From the NCBI RefSeq assembly GCF_009914755.1, contig NC_060945.1: a stretch of DNA of 64,000 nt, one strand, 5' to 3'. Below are positions 12,042 to 24,025 of the stretch, piece after piece (positions within the stretch are counted from its first letter, which is position 1; each line of letters starts with the position of its first letter). The notes under the pieces were generated by a model, which saw nothing but the letters and a program-made list of their open reading frames with translations, searched no databases and was not told the DNA's origin. This DNA is from the human T2T-CHM13v2.0 reference genome, Homo sapiens. The position numbers and the translations under genes were made by a program.

Positions 12042-14237
12042 ACCCCGGCTGATGAAATGCTTCACCATCAGTTTCAGTTGTGAGCTGGTCATCTGGCCCC
12101 AAGAGAGCCCAGGCACCCCAGCCCACTACCCACCCTGGGTTTCTGCCCACGCCAATGGCTCCTGTGCCACCATGGCCAGGTAGAGGCACTTCCTCCACCC
12201 AGCCCTGGGTCACATGACAATTCCCTGTTCTCACTGTCCCCGTGAACCCCTCAGGGTCAGCGCTTCCACAGCCCTGGCAACCCTAGGCCACTCTGAGTGG
12301 CAGAGGCTGCCTAGCGTTTCTGACTCTGGAGACCCCTCTGTTGAGGATGGGGTCCCCTGGGTCCTGGAGCTTCCAGCACCCAGTCTCAGCTGAGGCCACC
12401 GCCTGAGCTCCTTCCTCCCAGAGGCTGAGCCGGCCTTTGGCCCCTGCCCTGGCACTGTGCTGGCTGTGCTCTCTGAGCTCATTTTTCTTGGTGGAGGCCA
12501 GGAGTTGGCTTCAGGGTACCCTTGTGTTTTCTCCTCCAAGGCCTGGGGACATATTCACAAATCCCTCCCAGGGGCCCTTCTGATGCCTTCATAGTGAGTC
12601 ACTGAGGGCCCCCAAGCCTGGGGCCCAGGCCGGGTGAAACAGATTGCCCAGCACCTCCCCTCCTCCCCTTCACTGCCTTGAGAGAGGAGCGTCCTTCTCA
12701 GCTGTTTCTCCACATAGAGGATGGAGGCCACCAGGCCTCACCGTCCTGAGAGCCATCCCAAGAGCCATCCCAGGCACTGCCCTTGGAACTGGCCATGTGG
12801 CTCCAGTGTGGTTTGAGGCTTCAGAGGATTCGGGCCCATGAGGCCAGGGGAACACCCAGTGGGAGGCCTGTCCCTCCTTCCCGACCCTCCCCTGACCACA
12901 TCTGGCCTCTCTTTGGGGGCCCTTCTGGGTCTGCCCTCCTCTTCTGGGGCCCAAGGGGGGGCCTTGGGTGGAGCTCAGATGTGCCCCCTGGGAGGCGCTT
13001 GCTGGGCAACGCCCCTTGGGGTGGGAGATGGAGCTGGGTGGGCAAAAAGGGGGTGCCTGTGGGTGGGGCCTGCACCTGCACGCTTGCCTCAGCAGGTGTG
13101 ACTCGGGCAACTGACCCTGGCTGAGGCTCAGGGACCCCCAAAACTTTGCTGTTTGATTGGAGACGTTTTCAAAACGAGTCCTTGGTGGCAACCCCAGGCC
13201 AGCTCCACAGGGCCCCACGATCTGTCTTCAGGGTGCTTCCAAGGCAGGAGCTCAGGCCGGTGGGGCACCCTAACCCTCGCTGGATGCTCCTGCCACCCTC
13301 CCCGGTCTGCTCCCTCTTGAGAGGGGCATGGGCTTCGAACCATGGGCTATGAGCCTATCCACATACCTTGTTTTCCCCACTAAATGGCAGCGTTTCTTAT
13401 TGATGCCCATGGAAACCACCAGGGAGGTGGCTCTGCCCCCTGGCTCTACTCAAGGGATCATAATACATTTCAGAGCCAATCTTATCTCCACTACTTTATA
13501 GGAGTCAAAAATACAATGTTTTCAAGACAAGGACAGCCCAGCAGACCCACAAAGTCGCAGGGCACAGAGCTGCCCAGCACCCTTTCTCCCCCAGCCCAGC
13601 CTGTGCCGGCCGTGTTGTCCCGACAGGCGCCACACGGAGGCCTTCGCAGTTGGAAATGGTGCTGTGTGGCAAGGGCATCTGGGCCGGTGATGACAGCAGA
13701 CAGTGGCGGGGGCTCGCATGGGGACCCACCACTGCGGCTCCACACTGCAAGCAGAGCCCTGGGCCCAGCCAGAAACCAAGCAGAGGCCATGCAGTGCGGA
13801 GGCTGAATGTTCTTGGAGAGTGTGGCCGGCTTCCTCCTCTCTCCAGACAGCAAGACCCAGGATGGGCCTGGAGTTGTCCGAGGACACAAAGCTGGTTTGC
13901 GGAGGGCTGGCCTGGGGCGCAGGGCTCCTGGTGCCTGGTTCAGAGCCTTTCAACCCCCGTGTTGCCACACCTGAGCCAGTGCGACACTCAGCTGCAGTGG
14001 CCAGACTGTGAGCCCAGGGTCATCGCGAGGCAGACGCCAAGACAGGATGAAGGGCAGGAGGATTTCATCGGGGGATCACCAGTGTGGGAGGAAATGGGGA
14101 GGCAGCCAGGAGGCTGGGAAAGCTGTGGGACAGAAGTAAGAGTCTGACTGCCAGGGAGGCGGGGAGGGGAGGGAGCGAAGTGGTGGGTGCAGGCTGTGGG
14201 GAGCCCTGGAGATGTGGCTGGGGTAGAGGAGTCCCAG

Positions 14238-14348
14238 TGAGGGACAGGAGTGTGTCTGGTTCTCAGCTGTGTCCCCAGCACCTTGGACAGTGCCTGGCAC
14301 ATAGTACATGCTCATTGTAGGTTTGATGAGCGAGTGAATGAATGCATG
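14238..14348 (+). mobile_element. L2 3' end
   Basis: CCCCAGCACC...ACAGTGCCTGGCACATAGTA...TGAATGAATG. Confidence 0.8.
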
Positions 14349-15269
14349 GCTGGCGATGGGCTAGTGGAGGAAAGGGGAGAGACCTGTGCGTGGGAAGGGC
14401 TCTTGGAGCCTTCTGCCAAGGAGAGTGGAGCCCCAAAGGCAGTACAGAGCGTCTATGTTCTCTCCAGACCGTGACCCCTCAGCCACCCTGACTCAGCCCT
14501 ATCTGCTCCCTGCCATGGAGGTCTTAGACATGCTATCCCGGGCTGCAGCCTACTAAGCAGGACCTTGAGAGTGAATGTGCTGCCTGAAGCACATGGCCAG
14601 CCTCCTTCGGCGCCGGCCCGCTGGCCCTGTTTGCGGGAAAATGCCTTCTGTATTGCTTCGTAATGGCCTGCTTTGTTCAGCCAGCTTTGCACTTGAAGCC
14701 AGCCAGCTTGGCAGCCGAACGGCCACATGTCGGTCATTCAGGCAGCAGGTCAGCAGTGGAACTGGGTGGCTTCCAGCTGCCCGTGGGAGCCGGCCTGAGA
14801 TGAACCTCCTCCCTCCTTCTGAGAAGTGGCCGGGCACACAGGAGTGCAGCCTGGCTGCATTTTCAGTCATTTCCCAGGTTATTTTCCTGGCTGCAGTGAC
14901 ACACCAGCCACATGCTGCCCATGTGGGCCTGGGTCTCCCTGGGCTTAGGAGGAGCCCCACAGGTGCTTTATGAGGACGGGCTGGGGAGAGTGGAGGAGGC
15001 GTCCCCAGCCTGTCCCTGCGAGGTGCCCGGGTCCCGGCTGCAGCCTGCCCATGTCCCCAGGTGCCTGCATGGCAGAGCCAGGCCACCTGCTGTGCATCCG
15101 CCACCTTGTGCTGGGAGGGTGGCACTCAGTGGATGCCAGCCATGCACCCGCCTCAGCCTCCACATTCACTTTGCCACAGGGAAAAGGGGAGCATTGTGCT
15201 GGCCCAGTGACCCCAGACGTGCTGACCTACTGGGAGGGGCAGTGGGTCTGCCCCGCATCCGAGTAAGGC

Positions 15270-15395
15270 GGGAGCTGCTAAATGCACCCATTTGGGCTCT
15301 GCCCCAAAACCTCTTGTGGGAGCCTGGAGATCTGCATTTCCACATAGTTTAGGTAACTCCCAGATGATGGATGTGTTGCGAGGCTGGGAATCCCT
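15270..15395. mobile_element. MER5A-like hAT fragment
   Basis: GGGAGCCTGGAGATCTGCATTTC...CTCCCAGATGAT. Confidence 0.5.
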
Positions 15396-15644
15396 ACATC
15401 ACCTTCCCAGGGACAAGCTGATTGCACCCTCAGCTCCCCATCCCAGGCTCTGGCTTTGCTGGGGCCTTGCGGTTTCAGCCCCAGGTTCACGAACTTGGCT
15501 CCGACACCCCTCAGCCCCTCCCTAAGACCTCTTTTGCCTGCTGAGGGAGCAGGCGGGTCTTTCAAAGCTTCCCCCGAATGCCTGGGGTCCTCTCCTCTTG
15601 TACTTGCTTGTGAGTCATTCAAGCAGCTCCAGCTCCGTGCTCAC

Positions 15645-15860
15645 CGAGTTTCCTGGGCTTCCCTAGCAAAGTGCCCCAGAACGAGTGGCTTAAAACAACA
15701 GAAAGGTATTCTCTCCCAGCTCTGGACACCAGAAGAGCAAGATCGAGGCACACCCTCCCTGAAGGCTGAGGGGTGTCCCTCCTGCCTCCTGCAGCTCCTG
15801 GTGGCTCTGGTGCTCTTGGGCTTGTTGGCCGCCTCTCCCCATCTGTGCCTCTGTCTTCCC
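15645..15860 (-). mobile_element. MLT1 LTR fragment
   Basis: GTGGCTTAAAACAACAGAAAGGTATTCTCTCCCAGCTCTGG. Confidence 0.8.
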
Positions 15861-17329
15861 TGAGCAGGGGAAGCACTGCCATCAGCCCCATGTCACAGAC
15901 AAGGAAACAGACCCAGGGCTTCCGCAGCCATACACCATGCCGCTGGGGGAGAGGCTGCTGGGACCCCACCCCTGCCCCCCAGGCCTCCTGCTCCCAGAGA
16001 AGAGAGCCCCCCCCACCCTGGCAGGGAGGAGCTGAAGGGTCCCTCTCTGAGCACTGTCACCCCGCAGGCCGGGCCGCCGGGGTCTGACTGCAGCCTCCCG
16101 AGTCACTCTCAGGTCAGGGAGACACCGCATGACCACGTCCCCGATGCGCCTTCTGGTTGGGGTGAGGCTCTGACACCGCGGAAGCCAACAGGGTTCAGAC
16201 ATCCCGGTTCCTAATGTTTTGCAAGGCCTCAAGCCATGTTTGGGGCATCCTGTGTGTGTGAGGGCCAGCGAGGGCTGGCACTGTACGCTGCAGCTCTGCA
16301 CAAGGAGGGCTGAAGTTGCTCCCTGTGCCTGGTGCAATTCTCAGGGTGCACATGGGGCACCCCCCAACCCTTGGCCCTCTCCTGATCATCTGCAGACATT
16401 CTGGTCCAGCCAAAGGAACCACCTCCCAAGGGCAGAACCAGCCTCCACGCTGGGGTGACTGCCTGCCCCCTGGGTGGGCAGGGCTCTCCCAGCCCCTCTT
16501 GTCCCCAGGGACCAAAGTTGGGTCAGGGCCTGGCTGTGCATGGCAGGGAGCTAACCTCTGCGTCCACCAGCTGTGAGTCAGCCAAGAGCCCTGTGCCCAC
16601 AGGACCTTCTGGAAGCTGAGGCCACCACGTGCAGGCCAGTCTCCTGGGCGCTGGCCTCCGTCTGCACATCCCTGGCTTCAAATGCTACTTTTGCCTTCTG
16701 GTCACCACTGCGGTTGGTGCTCACAGGACTTTTCAACATGGACAGGCCTGCATTCAGATCCTGCCTGGTCCTTGCACCACATGTGGCCCTGGCCAGGTCC
16801 CCACTCTAGGTCCTCTCATCTGTAAAGTGGGTGGTGCAAGGAGACAGTCCATGGAAAGCACCCGGCGGGGCTCAGAGAGACCAAAAATGTGATCCCCTAT
16901 CTAAAGCGTCTCTTATTCCCAGGGACCTAAGCGGAAGAAGCCAGTGCTTAACCAGAAGAGTGAGATTGAGGTGGAAGAACCCAGGCACTGGCTCCCCGGG
17001 CTGGATCCACCTCGAGGCTCACCCCAAGGCATGCAGTGAGTGGAAGGCTGGGATTCCCCACCATCCATGGGCTCTGCTGGACTTGCTGGGGCTCAGGGCT
17101 GGGCGGGCACTCCCAGGACTGGCCCCCTGGCCTGGGCACTGTCAGGGCCCAAGGGGAACAGACCTCACTCTTCACCCATGGGGCTGGGTATAGAGGAGCT
17201 GTTTCATGGTTAGAGTTCCCAACACCCAGACAAATCCCACTGGAAGCCTCAGGGTGGGGCCCAGAAGCTGCATGTGCAGAGGCCCCCAAGCCACCACGGT
17301 GCCCCTAGGGTGCTGTTGTTGCAGAGCCT

Positions 17330-17500
17330 CGGGCTGGGATCCTGACTCAGCTGCTCACCAGCTGGGCTGCCTTGATATTTAAACTTCAGTTTCCTCTTTT
17401 GCAAAGTGTCAATCATAATACCCACAACTCACCTGTAAGCTCTAGATAGGATTCCGAGAACAGCACCGGTGTCGAGGAGAAGTGCTATTAGCCATGCAGT
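17330..17500 (+). mobile_element. MIR fragment
   Basis: CTTCAGTTTCCTCTTTTGCAAAGTG...ATAATACC core; further MIR cores near 15880, 16800, 21950, 49030 and 51980. Confidence 0.6.
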
Positions 17501-18526
17501 CATACAGGAAAGTCCTATGAAACAAAAGTGACGATCACCTTCCGTTCCACCGTCCGGCAGATGTCAGTTCTGACAAATGTTTGTGTCTCTTCTTCCAGCT
17601 TATTTTTCATAATAGAGTGTAATATAAATTGGAGCCATCCTGTACACCTACTTCCCTTTTCAATTTAATGTATCAGAGCATTTCTCTATGTCATTAAATA
17701 TTCCTTTCTGACATGGCCTTATTTCAGTGCTGCTTTAGGAAATATGGGTTGTTTTCGACTCTTCACTATCATAGATTTATTACTTGTAGGGAATATTGTC
17801 ATAAAGGAATCTCCACACTTGCAAGGTTATTTCCTAAACATCTGAGTGAAATCCACAGATGCCTCATGTCCCCTGTTGCTTTAAAACGTTGCTCTGTCCC
17901 CTCCTACCAGTGGGACAAGGTCAGGCTCCAAGTCCCCACACTGGGGAGGGGTGAACCTTGGGGTGGGGCAGCTGCAGCCCTGGCCAGGCCCTGAGAGAGG
18001 CCAGCCCGGGGAGCCACTGCCCGGGATCTCCCACCTGAATCTCATTCCTCTGGTTCAGCAGTGAAGCTGAACCTCGCCAAGCCTTTAGATCTAAATTCCT
18101 GTTGGCAGGAAAACACTGGGAAAGAGAGAAGGAGACCAGTTAGACATCACTGCCAGTCAGCAGTGACATCAGGAATGAGAGACGTTTTGAGTCTCAGAGT
18201 GCGGGGGATGTCCAGGCAAGGTCAGTGGGGAAAACGCAGTTGGCGTTACACCCTCCCCCATACACCAGTGTACCAGGTTAGCTGCTGTTAGGCACGTCAC
18301 CTGTCCCCTGTGTGTGCACCTTGTGGGTACCACCCTTGGGTGTATCTCAGTGCAACTGGGGACACATGGGTGTTGCCTCTGTGTGGTGGGAGACATGCCC
18401 CTGACTCCAGGGACAAGCAAGCAGCAAGAGGAGGGCTGGAGGCCAGATCCCGAGTTTCCTTCCCAGAGCTTCCCTTTCAGTGGCATGAACTAGGAGATGC
18501 ATATTTTGTTTTCAAATCATGAGACT

Positions 18527-18893
18527 GGCCAGGCATGATGGCTCACGCCTGTAATCCCAGCACTTTCATGAGATCAGCCGGGCTCAGTGGCTTACACCTG
18601 GATTCCCGGCATTTTGGGAGGCTGAGGCGGGTGGATGGCTGGAGCTCAGGAGTTTTGAGACCAGCCTGGGCAACATGGTGAAACTCATCTCTACAAAAAA
18701 TACAAAAATCAGCCAGGTATTGTGGCATACTTGTGGTCCCAAATACTCAGGACACTGAGGCTGGAGGATGGCTTGAGCCTGGGGAGGTCAGGCTGCAGGG
18801 AGCCAAGATCATGCCCCTGCACTCCAGCCTGGGTGGCAGAGTGAGACCCTGTCTCAATCAATCAATCAATCAATCAATCAGAATGAATAAATA
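18527..18893 (+). mobile_element. AluJ-like element with duplicated 5' head and (TCAA)n tail
   Basis: Heads at 18527 and ~18576, each preceded by TCATGAGA; degenerate 3' TSD copy TTATGAGA after the tail. Confidence 0.92.
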
Positions 18894-18894
18894 A

Positions 18895-19590
18895 GTTATG
18901 AGATTACGTTAACATTTCCAATTCAAATTTAAGATGACAGTGCTCCTCTTAACCTATTGGATTTTATATTTGTGAATTTTTTCTCTTTCAGTAATAATAA
19001 TTTTGGTTCCTCACAACATTCACATAATTACTTACTGGCTTTATCCTGGAAGAGGAAAAAATTTAAATAACGATGCCAGACTTAACACTAACACTAAGAC
19101 CTACTGAATGATACATACGATTTCCTTGCCATTCTTTTTATCCTTAAAATACGCGCCACCAGTTAAAAAAAAAAAAGCCTAAATTCTGTGCTGTAAAACT
19201 ACTTCAAATAATTTTGTCTTTGTTTTAGTTATGTTACAAACTCTATATAAATTTTCACTTTTGTTGGTTTCCTTTTCTAAGGATGCTCTCTTTTAAACTT
19301 AAATTTTAACAAATTCAAATTGTTTTGAATATGGGAAACATTCACATAGTTCTGGACTCAAACACTAAAGCCAAGTATCTCCAGAGCAGCTAGCTTCCAT
19401 TTCTAACTCCACACACACGTAAAGTCACCATTTTTATTAGTTTCTGATTTATCTTTCCAGTGCTTTTCTTTTGCATCTATAAATAAACACGCACATATAC
19501 ATATCTTTACACTTTATTACACAAAAGATGTGTCACTACGTACTGCCGTCTGCTTTTGCCACTTAACAATATATCTGGAAATGGCGTCTT
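18895..19590 (-). mobile_element. Old L1 (L1MD/ME-like) 3' fragments
   Basis: AT-rich, T-skewed sequence with L1 3'UTR-like wording; a similar piece lies at 17560-17930. Confidence 0.55.
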
Positions 19591-19877
19591 ATCAATCCCT
19601 GGAGAAGGGGGCTGGGCCTGGGTTGGAGGGAACCCAGCAGGCTGGGAAGGAGGGGTCTGGAGCATTTTCTTCTCCAGGCAACAGCAACACTGGTGGTGGG
19701 GGATTGACCTGGGGTTTCCAGGAATAGATGTTGCTGGAATGCTTGAAAGAATATTAGGAGAGAATGTGAGTGCTCAGTATGGTCCGGGCTCTGATCCTAA
19801 GCAGCCTGATGCATCTCAGTTGAGACTGGATTCCTCGGCCATCCTGGGGTTTGTAGGAGGATGGCACTGGGCTACAT

Positions 19878-20301
19878 AGCAGCTCCCCTAAATTTACATC
19901 TACCCAGAAATGGGGAACATGACCTTATTTGGAAGAAGGGCCTTTGCAGATGTGATTAAGTCAAGGTGAGGTCATACTAGATTTGTGTGGGCCCTAAACC
20001 CAGTGACTGGAGTCTTACAAGAGGAGGGGACACACAGCAAGGCCGGGGAGAAGGCCGCGTGACCCCGGGGACAGAGATGGGAGCAGCGCAGCCACAAGTC
20101 AAGAATGCTAATGGTTGCCAGCAACACCAGAAGCTGGGAGAGCAAGAAACGGATTCTCTTCTAGAGCTGCCAGAGTGGGGCTGGCTCTCCTGACGCCTTA
20201 AGCTCAGGCTTCTGGCCTCAGAACCAAGAGGGAATACACTTCTGTTGGTCTCAGCCACCCTGTTGGTGGCACTTTGCTTGGCAGCTTCAGGACACTCACA
20301 G
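19878..20301 (+). mobile_element. MLT1C-like solo LTR
   Basis: ATGACCTTATTTGGAA...TTTGCAGATGTGATTAAG...GCCAGCAACACCAGAAGCTGG...CTTCTGGCCTC. Confidence 0.88.
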
Positions 20302-20885
20302 AGATGGGATGGTCTCTGAGGCTGATCCCTGTTCTCACACCCTTGGCCAGTAGCCTTGTTCTCATCCGAGTGTCCAGAGAAAGGGCTGGAGGAACGCAAC
20401 TTGGGAAAGTGCAGGCGTCCCACTGACCCAGGCTGGGTGGCGGCAGAGAGTGGCATTCCCACTGAGGTAGCTGGTGACTGCCTGGCCAGCAGGGGAAACC
20501 GAGGCACCCAGGATGGCTTCACAGCCAGACCTGGGGAGAATGTACCCATCAGCAGAGCAAGTGGTGGGCGGAGCCATCGGGAGCCCGGGAGAAGAGGGTG
20601 GGTGTGGGGTGATGAGGGCACCGGGAGGAAACATCCCGCCAGACAAGTGGAGAGGCAGCTGGAGTGTTCCAGGGGCTGGGGCTCGCAGGACAGCTGAGTG
20701 TGGGGGTGCTGAGGACACGGCGTCTGCACACTGGTGTCCAGGCGGCCCTCGCTCAGCAAGCTCTCCAAGTCGTTTCTGCAAGGTTTATGGAAACGCGGTT
20801 TTTCCCGGGAGGTATGTGTGTCACTGGGAATTGTTGAATGTCTGTTTACAGTCGCCACTCCTGCTGGGGTGATTAAAAGCGCCAT
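19977..20885 (-). CDS. Putative 302-aa ORF of LINC00322, probably not a functional protein
   Basis: Open frame seen directly; no recognisable domain; Pro/Ser-rich; C-terminal third is antisense MLT1 LTR. Confidence 0.2.
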   Translation of the reverse strand: MALLITPAGVATVNRHSTIPSDTHTSREKPRFHKPCRNDLESLLSEGRLDTSVQTPCPQHPHTQLSCEPQPLEHSSCLSTCLAGCFLPVPSSPHTHPLLPGSRWLRPPLALLMGTFSPGLAVKPSWVPRFPLLARQSPATSVGMPLSAATQPGSVGRLHFPKLRSSSPFSGHSDENKATGQGCENRDQPQRPSHLCECPEAAKQSATNRVAETNRSVFPLGSEARSLSLRRQESQPHSGSSRRESVSCSPSFWCCWQPLAFLTCGCAAPISVPGVTRPSPRPCCVSPPLVRLQSLGLGPTQI

Positions 20886-21065
20886 CAGAGTTGATTGTAG
20901 CCTGGGTGGTCTCTTGATCTGGGGGTCCTCTGGGTTGAGGGGGTGCTCTTGCCCTTCCCTTTCTGGTGTAGCACGAGCTGAGCTGGGAGAAAGAGGCTCC
21001 CGCACCCTCCTGGCCAGAGACCACAAACCCAGACGACCCCTGTGAGGTGGCGTGAAGTCTCGCAA
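19977..21065 (-). ncRNA. LINC00322: Exonic part of lncRNA LINC00322 (C21orf136); full exon structure not determinable here
   Basis: The ORF from the ATG at 20885 (MALLITPAGVATVNRHSTIPSDTHTSREKP...GLGPTQI, 302 aa) matches my recollection of the putative LINC00322-encoded protein. Confidence 0.65.
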
Positions 21066-21473
21066 ACCCAGGGACTCAGCTTGGACAGAATTTCCTGGCT
21101 GCTCCAGTCTTGAGCCCTTCTGTCTTGCTTGTCTTGCTTTTAGTCCTGCCTATCTGAGACAGCCCAGCCTCACCCCGTGTGTCCAGGGATCTGCTGGTCT
21201 TCCCCCGAGCTCCATCCCTCTGTCCCACGCCAGCCCCTCCACCTGGCACACGCCACACAGTGAGCCCCCCTCACCCCCTCCAGGGTGCAGCTGGAGGTCC
21301 GGGAACCTGCGCGTGGGCCCTGGGAAGCAGCACGGGGCTTTGTGGGCCAGGCGGGGTCCAAGCTCAAAGGCTGGGTCCACAGTGCCTGCTGGTGACCTTC
21401 GGCACGCCAGCTTCCTCCCGAATCAGGGATGCCCTTGCTCTGGGTCTGCTTCTGCTGTAGGAAACCTTCTCCA

Positions 21474-21599
21474 ATTCAGGCTGAGACAGATGTCACAAAC
21501 AGGACTGTCTCCCCGATTCAAGCTGAGACAGATGTCACAAACAGGACTGTCTCCCCGATTCAGGCTGAGATAGATGTTACAAATAGGACTGTCTCCCCG
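21474..21599. repeat. 42-bp tandem repeat x3
   Basis: CTGAGACAGATGTCACAAACAGGACTGTCTCCCCG at 21481, 21523 and 21565. Confidence 0.95.
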
Positions 21600-23059
21600 G
21601 GACTGGCGGCCTGTGCTAGTGGCTGGAACCTCTGTCGTGTCATGGCAACACAGCCAACGGCTGCTGTGTGTCCCTCCCAACCCCAGGTCCCAGTCCTTGG
21701 ACAACTCATGGGACAGTGCGGGGAGCCCAGAGGTAAATCTCCCTGCCGCAGATGCCACTGCTGCCTGTGGGTGGGGTCCCTCGGTGCGGGTTCCTCTGCA
21801 CCTGCTGTCCTGTGTGTCCTGCTGGGCCAGTGTCACCTGGGCTTCCCTCACACCCACTCCCCACTGACTAAGGAGGCCACACAGACCGAGGCCTGAGCCC
21901 CAGCCCGCTGCCTGCAGGTTCAGACACTTGGGCATGTTTCTTAGCCATTTGGAGCCTCGGTTTTCCCATCTGGGAAATGGGGACAATGATATCTCAGAGA
22001 CACTGTAGTGATCACCGGAGAGGACCACAGACCACTCTCAGCGGGGGTGCCAGGCATCGTGTCCATGTTTGGCGAGGAAGGATTCAGCCTGACCCTTGGC
22101 TTCCTCCATCCCAGATGTCCCTTGAGGCACGTGGCCTGGGGTGGGGGATCCGGAGAAGAAGGGAGACAGGCCACGACGTACGGTGACCCCAGGCTAGGCC
22201 CACAGACCCGGGTAGATCGCCACCACTCCCACTGGAATTCTCAGGGCTGTACACTCATTGTTTGGAAATAATTATTTTTGTGCAGTCCTTAGTTTCCGTA
22301 ATTAATTCTTTGATAACAGTCCCTTCTATAATAGCTCCTCACAAAGATTCTATAGAAAGCACCAGGCGGTTTCAGCTGAGCCGGCAGCAACAGCCTTTTC
22401 TCTGAGCTCGAGGTCTAGGCACAGTCACAGCGGCAGAGAAATGCTGGGTAAAGAGGCCCTGGGCGTTGGGAGGGGCGCCAGCAGAGCAAGGGGCTTCCCA
22501 CCGCCGCCTCCCTCCCCACAGGCTGGTCAGGCGGCCAGGCTACAGGGGCCCTGCTCTGCAGAAGGCCTTTCCTTCCAGAGCCCTGCAGCCTCTGGGAGCC
22601 AGCACCGGCCCCACCAAGCCAATCCTCGGAGTGGGTGGAGTGGGGCCTGGGGGCTCGAACCCCCAGACCGACGGCCACAGCTTGTCGTCTATGGCGCTCT
22701 GTGATGGGATGGGGGGACTGCCACAGAGGGAAGAAAGAGAATCGGCCCCTGCCTTCCCAGGGGCCTGATCCTACGGGGAGGTGGGACACTCATGCTCAAG
22801 GGCCCAGATGCTGTAAACACAGCTGTCCCAGGTGGTCCAGGTCAGGAAGAGGCTCAGATGGGTCGGAGTCCCACCTCCACGGCGGTTTTGGAGAACAGCC
22901 CAGGGGCAAGTGAGTCTGTAGATGTATCTGGCCACCCCGGAGACTCCCCTCTTCCACCTGTTGGGAGCCAGAAAGCCTCCATCTTCCTGCCCCGCCTCGG
23001 TCTGCCACTCATAAAGCCTAGACCATCCTACTTCGATATTGCAACATTGCATGGCTGGG

Positions 23060-23580
23060 GTCCTTTTGGTTGAAGTGACAGAATCCCAACCCAAGCTCAT
23101 TTCAGAAAAGAAGGGCGTTTGCAGGTTGACTTGCCTAGAAAATGTGGGGTAGAGTGGCTTCAGGTGTAGCTGGGTCCAGGAGTTCAGAGGCGGTCACTAG
23201 GCACCATCTAATTCAGACTCTAAGCTCAATCCTGCCTGTGTTGGCTTCATTCTCAGGGAAAGACGGCCCAGGAGCTCTAAGTTCAGGGGGTCCTCGAAAC
23301 TCCCAACTTGGAGGGTCAGGGTGCTTCTGTCTTCAGCAAAATCCCAGGCAGGGCTTTGTGTGGGCTCGGGCCCCATGCCCACCCCTGTCCTGCTGTCTGT
23401 GGTGGAGGAATGAGGTCCTCTTGCTGGCTAGCCTTGGGGTCACATGATCACCCCGAGGTTGGCAGCAGCCCTAGAAACACAGACAACAAAATACATGACA
23501 CTACGTAAGAGTCAGCAGGCGGGTTTTCTTAAACAAAACAAACAGGGTTTTGTGACGAAGAGAAGAGGAAACTGTCTGGG
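23060..23580 (-). mobile_element. MLT1K-like ancient LTR
   Basis: TTGGTTGAAGTGACAGAATCCCAACCCAA...GCTTCAGGTGTAGCTGGGTCCAGG...GTTGGCTTCATTCTCAGG. Confidence 0.7.
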
Positions 23581-23874
23581 AAGGCGAAGATCACCAGGGC
23601 CCGACAGCACTGTAGACACAATGACATCACTCGGAGCAGCGCGCTTGCTTTCTGGGCCTCACATGCCCACTCGAGTATCTTCCATCTCTCATGCCTGGGA
23701 GGCCCCGCCCCACATGCTGTCCCAGGAGCATAGCAGGCATCGTACACTGTGCAGTGTGGGGTACACACGTAGGCACTTCAGACCCAGGAATCACGGACTC
23801 CTGTCTCCTGCCATATATGTGGGAGGTCTCACCTCCCTGGGGAGGTCTGTCTCCACTGTAGACAGAGATATGAG

Positions 23875-24025
23875 GTGTGTGTGTTTGCATGTGTGTGCGT
23901 GTGTTTGCTTGTGTGTGCGTGTGTGCATGAGTGTGTGCTTGTGTGTGCATGTGTGCGTGTGTTTCCTTGTGTGTGTTTGTGTGCATGTGTGTTTGTGTTT
24001 GCGTGTGTTTGCATGTGCATATGTG
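23875..24025. repeat. Degenerate (TG)n tract
   Basis: Seen directly. Confidence 0.9.
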
